64,000 nt of DNA, taken from NCBI GenBank assembly GCA_965205335.1, contig OZ242164.1:1088001-1152000 (forward strand). Reading direction: 5' to 3'. Positions 58,929-64,000 of this stretch are shown here, in pieces. Under the pieces are notes generated by a model. It ran no database searches and was not told the origin of the DNA. It was given only the letters and a program-made list of their open reading frames with translations. Numbering within the stretch: the first letter of the stretch is position 1; the number at the start of each line of letters is the position of its first letter. Position numbers and translations under genes: made by a program. This stretch comes from Candidatus Woesearchaeota archaeon (lineage in GTDB: Archaea; Nanobdellota; Nanobdellia; Woesearchaeales; UBA583).

Positions 58929-58970
58929 ACTAAATTGAAAGGAAGAATAAATTAGGTTATACAATCATTT

Positions 58971-59444
58971 CTATTTTTTAAACTTCTTAACAATGCCATA
59001 TAAAACCAATCCAAAAATACAACCTTGGATAGCACCGTAGATAGCACCCAAAAAAGCACCAAAAATAGCAAGAATAATTGTAATAGTAACTGAGTAAGCA
59101 ACATCTACTCCTGTAGCAACAATAAATGCTAAGATAAAAACGGTAAAAATAAGAACTATGATAACACTAATAATTGTTTCAGTAATGCAGCAAACCATAA
59201 CACATCTTCCTAATGAATCCACTTTATATTTATAGCATAAAAATCCAAGAACAGCACCAAAAATAGCAGCAGAAACAATTCCAATTATAGTAGCAATAAT
59301 ATATACAGCAGAATCAAAAGAAATAATCATGTAGATAAGATTCATAATAACTCCGAAAATAACGCTTATTATAGCGTAACTAATAGCACCCCATATAGCA
59401 CCGTCCCAACCATTCCTGAACAGAAATTTATTTTTATTAACCAT
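58971..59444 (-). CDS. Hypothetical membrane protein (Gly-rich TM helices)
   Basis: Four hydrophobic segments. Confidence 0.7.
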   Translation of the reverse strand: MVNKNKFLFRNGWDGAIWGAISYAIISVIFGVIMNLIYMIISFDSAVYIIATIIGIVSAAIFGAVLGFLCYKYKVDSLGRCVMVCCITETIISVIIVLIFTVFILAFIVATGVDVAYSVTITIILAIFGAFLGAIYGAIQGCIFGLVLYGIVKKFKK

Positions 59445-59527
59445 AAAACTCTATACAACTTTACTAATTAATAAACTTTTCCTCTCTATGACGTAGACGT
59501 ATAAATCTGTCCAAAACAAAACCTTAC

Positions 59528-60106
59528 TCAAACTCCTAAACTTATCAGAATATAATTAAAGTAAAGAGTTACAATAATTAACATAAAAATAAGTTTAATT
59601 AAAACAATACTCGCCAAAACTCTCTGCCATATAGTTTTATAATAATTCTTTAAATTAACTACTAAATTGACGAAATAATACACAAACAGAATAGACATTA
59701 AAATCTTTAAAAATAACAAAATTTCATCATTGTATATCATATTCATCACCAACCATACAACATTCAATAAAATAATAAAATGCATTGAAACAACAAAAAA
59801 TACTAAATACCCTTCCCAGAAATGATAAGGCTTGCCCTCAAAAGCAATAAGAAATAAATTCAGAAGAAAATAAACTATAAAAAGTGCTATTGGCACACCG
59901 ATAACACCTAAAAGAATTTGATTCATTACAGAAACATATGTACTAAGAGCGATTACAACATTAACAATAGCAAGAACTCCAAGCAAAACCAAACAATAAA
60001 TAAGCAGATTAGAAGTTCTAAACTTGCTTGCAAATATTTTCATATTGTATAATGACTTAAAAAAATCAAAAATCCCTAACTCTTTTTTTAAAGATTTCAC
60101 TACCAT
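59528..60106 (-). CDS. Hypothetical membrane protein (Yip1-like topology)
   Basis: Five hydrophobic segments. Confidence 0.7.
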   Translation of the reverse strand: MVVKSLKKELGIFDFFKSLYNMKIFASKFRTSNLLIYCLVLLGVLAIVNVVIALSTYVSVMNQILLGVIGVPIALFIVYFLLNLFLIAFEGKPYHFWEGYLVFFVVSMHFIILLNVVWLVMNMIYNDEILLFLKILMSILFVYYFVNLVVNLKNYYKTIWQRVLASIVLIKLIFMLIIVTLYFNYILISLGV

Positions 60107-60161
60107 AAACAAATTATAAAAGATTATTTTATAAACTTTTTCTTTCTAAAGTATTAGTTAA

Positions 60162-60662
60162 ATGAAAAAAAAGGCTCAGGTTAAATTTGGAGAAACAATA
60201 GGGATAATAATCATAGTATATATTGTTTTAATGCTTGGACTTCTTTGGTATAATGATGTCAATTCTGATAGTTTAGATGAATTGTATAAAGGAGACCAAA
60301 AAAGCAGAGGATTTGAAAAATACTACTATATCACAAATAACCACATGCTCCGTGAGGCTCAACAAGGTTCTATTGATGAAGAATTTAATCTTGAATCAAT
60401 TCATGCAATGAATATATACTCTAAATCTAAAAATGGAAATGATTACTTATATAAATTCTTAGGATATTCAAATGTAAGTATAAAATATTATGATGCTAAT
60501 CTGGAAAATCACCAAGTAATAGAAATTTATTCAAATGTTCCAGATAGCAGTAACATAAATGACGAAGAAATATTTAGAACATTAATTCCAATAGTTGATA
60601 AATCAAATAATACAGTACTAATTGGAGTATTAGAATTAATTAATTATGAACTTAAAAGATAG
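60162..60662 (+). CDS. Pilin-like protein with class III signal peptide
   Basis: MKKKAQ|VKFGETIGIIIIVYIVL. Confidence 0.75.
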   Translation: MKKKAQVKFGETIGIIIIVYIVLMLGLLWYNDVNSDSLDELYKGDQKSRGFEKYYYITNNHMLREAQQGSIDEEFNLESIHAMNIYSKSKNGNDYLYKFLGYSNVSIKYYDANLENHQVIEIYSNVPDSSNINDEEIFRTLIPIVDKSNNTVLIGVLELINYELKR

Positions 60663-60792
60663 TTTAAATTTCTCTATAAAATATTTAATAAACTCTTAAA
60701 ATTTCAAAACCTGAATAAAAAATCATACTTAATTATAATTTTCACATATAATTAATAAAAAATTATATATAATACTTATCATAAACTCTTTT

Positions 60793-62844
60793 ATGGCTCA
60801 AGCATTAGATAGCAAAAAACTAATGAAAGAATTTCATAATTTCTTTGAAGAACATATGAGATCACAAATTAGAGAAGCTATTCACAGTGAGAAAGATACA
60901 CTTCACATAAATTTCTTTGACATTTCAGAATATGACATAGAATTAGGAGACCAACTTCTTGAATATCCACAAGATGTTCTAAAAATTATGGATGAAACAC
61001 TTAAACAATTCTCTGAAGATGATAATTCAAATCACTTAAAAGCAAGACTTACCTCCCTTCCTAAAACAGAACACCTAATGATTAGAGACATTCGCTCAGA
61101 GCATTTGGGAAAACTTATATTAGTTGAAGGACTTGTAATAAGGAAAACAGATGTAAGGCCCAGACTAACGCATATTGAATATCTATGCACAAACCCGGAC
61201 TGCACTTACTCACAGGAAAAATTAAGAATTCCCCAGATTGAAGAAAAAGCTAAAAAATTGAAAGCATGTGTTAGATGCAAAGCCCCAATTGAAATTGTAA
61301 ACAGGGTGCTTGTAGATTCTCAGAACCTTCTCTTAGGTGAAATTCCCGAGCAGTTAAAAAACTCAGCAGACCAGCCAAGAAGAATAAATGTATTACTAAG
61401 TGAAGATTTAGTTAGTCCTTTCAAAGATTCTCGAACAAACCCAGGGGCAAAAGTATATGTTGTTGGGACAGTTAAAGAAATTCCAAAACAAACCAGAACA
61501 GGAGCAGACAGTGTAAACTATGATATTATTATTGATGGGCATTATATAGATTTATCCCAGAAAGATTACTCAGAAATTAAAATTAGCAAAGAAGAAGAAG
61601 AAAAAATTAAAGAATTATCAAAAAAAGATAATGTGTATGATATTTTAACAGAGAACTTTGCTCCTTCAATCTTTGGGTATAACAGGGTTAAAGAAGCTAT
61701 CCTACTTCAGTTATTTGGAGGTTCTCCTAAGGAGAAAGAAGATGGAGTAAGAGTTAGAGGTGATATTCATGTATTATTAATTGGAGACCCAGGGGCCGCT
61801 AAATCGCAAATGCTTAAAGCTGCAACAAGAATAGCCCCCAAATCATCATTTGTATCAGGAAAATCAGCAACAGGTGTTGGAATGGTTGCAGCGGTTGTGC
61901 GTGATGATTTAACAAAAGGATGGGCATTAGAAGCAGGAGCCTTAGTTTTAGCATCAGGCGGGCTTGCCTCAATAGATGAAATGGATAAAATGTCTGATGA
62001 TGACACATCCGCTATGCATGAGGCATTAGAACAGCAAACAGTATCAATCGCTAAAGCAAACATTCAGGCAACATTAAGATGTCAAACAACAGTATTAGGT
62101 GCGGCAAATCCCAAATTTGGAAGATTTGATCCTTATGGTGATATTGCAAAACAAATTGACTTTCCGCCAACTCTACTTTCAAGATTTGATCTTATATTTG
62201 TTTTAAGAGACATTCCCGATAAGAAAAGAGATGACTTAATTGCAGACCATATTCTTCAAACAAATAAGGATACATCAAAAACAATTACAGATCTTGAACC
62301 TGATTTTATTAAAAAATTTATTGCGTATGCAAAAGAGAATTGCAATCCCATTCTAACTCAGGAGGCAATAACTAAAATAAGAGAATTTTATGTGAAAATT
62401 AGATCAAGTGGTGCTGATAATGAAGAGTCAGGCGTTAAATCTGTTCCAATTACAGCAAGACAACTTGAAGCTATTGTAAGACTCTCAGAAGCCTACGCTA
62501 AGATTAAACTAGATAATATCATTAAAGTTGAATATGCTCAGAAGGCAATTGATATGATTATGTATTGCTTAGAAAAAATCGGAATAGACCCGAAAACAGG
62601 TGAACTTGATATTGACAGAATTACAACAGGAGTTACAGCAACAACCCGAAATCAATACAAAACAATTAATGATATTATTGACAGACTGGAAACAGAAAAA
62701 CCAGACATTAGTTATGACGATATTTGTGAGCAGGCAGACAAAACAAATGTTCCAAGAAAAGAAGTGGCGAGAATTCTTGACAAATTAAAACAAGAAGGAA
62801 TAATTTATGAACCAAGAAAAAATATTTACAAAAAACTCTTATAG
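60793..62844 (+). CDS. mcm: Replicative helicase MCM
   Basis: GDIHVLLIGDPGAAKSQ, IDEMDKM, LSRFDL, ITARQLE. Confidence 0.98.
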   Translation: MAQALDSKKLMKEFHNFFEEHMRSQIREAIHSEKDTLHINFFDISEYDIELGDQLLEYPQDVLKIMDETLKQFSEDDNSNHLKARLTSLPKTEHLMIRDIRSEHLGKLILVEGLVIRKTDVRPRLTHIEYLCTNPDCTYSQEKLRIPQIEEKAKKLKACVRCKAPIEIVNRVLVDSQNLLLGEIPEQLKNSADQPRRINVLLSEDLVSPFKDSRTNPGAKVYVVGTVKEIPKQTRTGADSVNYDIIIDGHYIDLSQKDYSEIKISKEEEEKIKELSKKDNVYDILTENFAPSIFGYNRVKEAILLQLFGGSPKEKEDGVRVRGDIHVLLIGDPGAAKSQMLKAATRIAPKSSFVSGKSATGVGMVAAVVRDDLTKGWALEAGALVLASGGLASIDEMDKMSDDDTSAMHEALEQQTVSIAKANIQATLRCQTTVLGAANPKFGRFDPYGDIAKQIDFPPTLLSRFDLIFVLRDIPDKKRDDLIADHILQTNKDTSKTITDLEPDFIKKFIAYAKENCNPILTQEAITKIREFYVKIRSSGADNEESGVKSVPITARQLEAIVRLSEAYAKIKLDNIIKVEYAQKAIDMIMYCLEKIGIDPKTGELDIDRITTGVTATTRNQYKTINDIIDRLETEKPDISYDDICEQADKTNVPRKEVARILDKLKQEGIIYEPRKNIYKKLL

Positions 62845-62907
62845 ATTCAATTATAAAATAAAAACTTGTAATTATTCATAATGGAAAATGCGAGAATCCT
62901 GATTAAA

Positions 62908-63354
62908 TCAGAATTTATTTTCATATTTTTTAAGAGCATAAGGAAGTTGAGAATGCAGATTAGAAGGAAGTGAATCCTTTGTAAACCAACCTATATCATC
63001 AAACTTGTGGGGTTCACCTATTTTTACCATATCTCTATCAACAAGAACTTTAAAATCAAGTGCAACCCAATGAGTTTTAGTGCCATCTCCTAATTCCCTA
63101 TGAACATCCCTATATCCTAAAAATTCATACTCAATAACATCTGTGCAATATTCTTCCTTTATTTCCTTTCTTAGAGTCTCTTTAATAGAATCTCCGAATT
63201 CAAGTGCTCCACTTCCACAATCCCATTTCCCATTTTCATCTCTACAATTTGCACTTCTTTTAGCAAGTAATAACTTCCCATTATTATCAAAGCAGAAATA
63301 AACAACACAAATTCCAGTATAATCCACTCCTTTTTTCATAATAAAAATCCCCAA
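62908..63354 (-). CDS. NUDIX hydrolase
   Basis: GALEFGDSIKETLRKEIKEEY Nudix box. Confidence 0.92.
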   Translation of the reverse strand: MGIFIMKKGVDYTGICVVYFCFDNNGKLLLAKRSANCRDENGKWDCGSGALEFGDSIKETLRKEIKEEYCTDVIEYEFLGYRDVHRELGDGTKTHWVALDFKVLVDRDMVKIGEPHKFDDIGWFTKDSLPSNLHSQLPYALKKYENKF

Positions 63355-63408
63355 TAAATTATCAATTATAAGCTTATCCTAATTAGTAATATTTTACACA
63401 TTCCTTTC

Positions 63409-63729
63409 TTATCTAAAGAACTTAATAGCCAATGGATAATCCCATAACTCACCATTAGTTGCTTTAACAATTGCAATAATTGGAAATACAATATTAAGTA
63501 TTACAAGTGCTATCACAAGAAAAATCCCAATTAATACAAATGTAAGTATAAATGAGATGACAAAATATATAAGAAAACTAAATTGCCAGTTCAGAGCTTT
63601 TTTAGAATGTTCTTTCAAAGAATCATCTTCCGCCACACAGTATGTAATTAGAGGCCCAATAAAACCTGTAAGAATTCCAAGCAGATGAGCAAGAAATCCT
63701 AAGTCATTATTTGAATTATTTTCTGCCAT
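63409..63729 (-). CDS. DUF4870 family membrane protein
   Basis: LAHLLG..GPLI..HSKKALNWQ..IIAIVKA..YPL. Confidence 0.88.
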   Translation of the reverse strand: MAENNSNNDLGFLAHLLGILTGFIGPLITYCVAEDDSLKEHSKKALNWQFSFLIYFVISFILTFVLIGIFLVIALVILNIVFPIIAIVKATNGELWDYPLAIKFFR

Positions 63730-64000
63730 AATGATTACTATCAATAATATTTATTATAATTCTTTCTATTCACACTTAGGTAAAAATCCCTTAAATAAGC
63801 ATTTGATAATTAAAATTTCATATTTATTTCAATATTAGATATTTTATAAGTTTGAAAATTTTTAATGAATAAATTTTATCTATCACCTAAAAAAATTAAT
63901 CAAATAATTTCCTTATATGCTTAATCAGAAGTACTATCAAAAGTTTTATAAATATATTAGCATTAATTTTACCTTAGAAGGTTCATATAGCTTCGGGTTA

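Noticed and set aside
60663-60792. AT-rich region upstream of mcm as a replication origin
   Set aside because: No ORB-like repeats or cdc6/orc1 gene; composition matches other intergenic regions.

Overview
AT-rich archaeal chromosome segment, most consistent with a DPANN (Woesearchaeota/Nanobdellota-like) genome. Support: archaeal r-proteins, split RpoB''/B' and RpoA'/A'', class I LysRS, MCM and a BHB-intron tRNA. The core holds the S10/spc-like r-protein operon (1-11.4 kb, minus strand), the RNA polymerase cluster, six tRNAs, RNase P proteins, Cbf5, aIF2-alpha, RNase J, DnaK, Ndk and MCM. Accessory highlights: (i) an AbiEi/AbiEii type IV TA module whose nucleotidyltransferase toxin reads in frame into lysyl-tRNA synthetase; (ii) a split His-Xaa-Ser-type radical SAM RiPP system (hxsD/hxsB at 50-52 kb) whose only visible candidate precursor (29 kb) has His-Xaa-Asn repeats and lies in a duplicated cargo slot beside an unknown protein; (iii) a frameshifted RloA/RloB-like defence pair; (iv) an internally deleted IS481; (v) bacterial-type Lgt and ThyA/FolA; (vi) a 1098-aa Cys-rich thrombospondin-repeat surface protein; (vii) an apparent strand-bias inversion near 56.2 kb. 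All family calls are motif recognition by eye; no searches were run.
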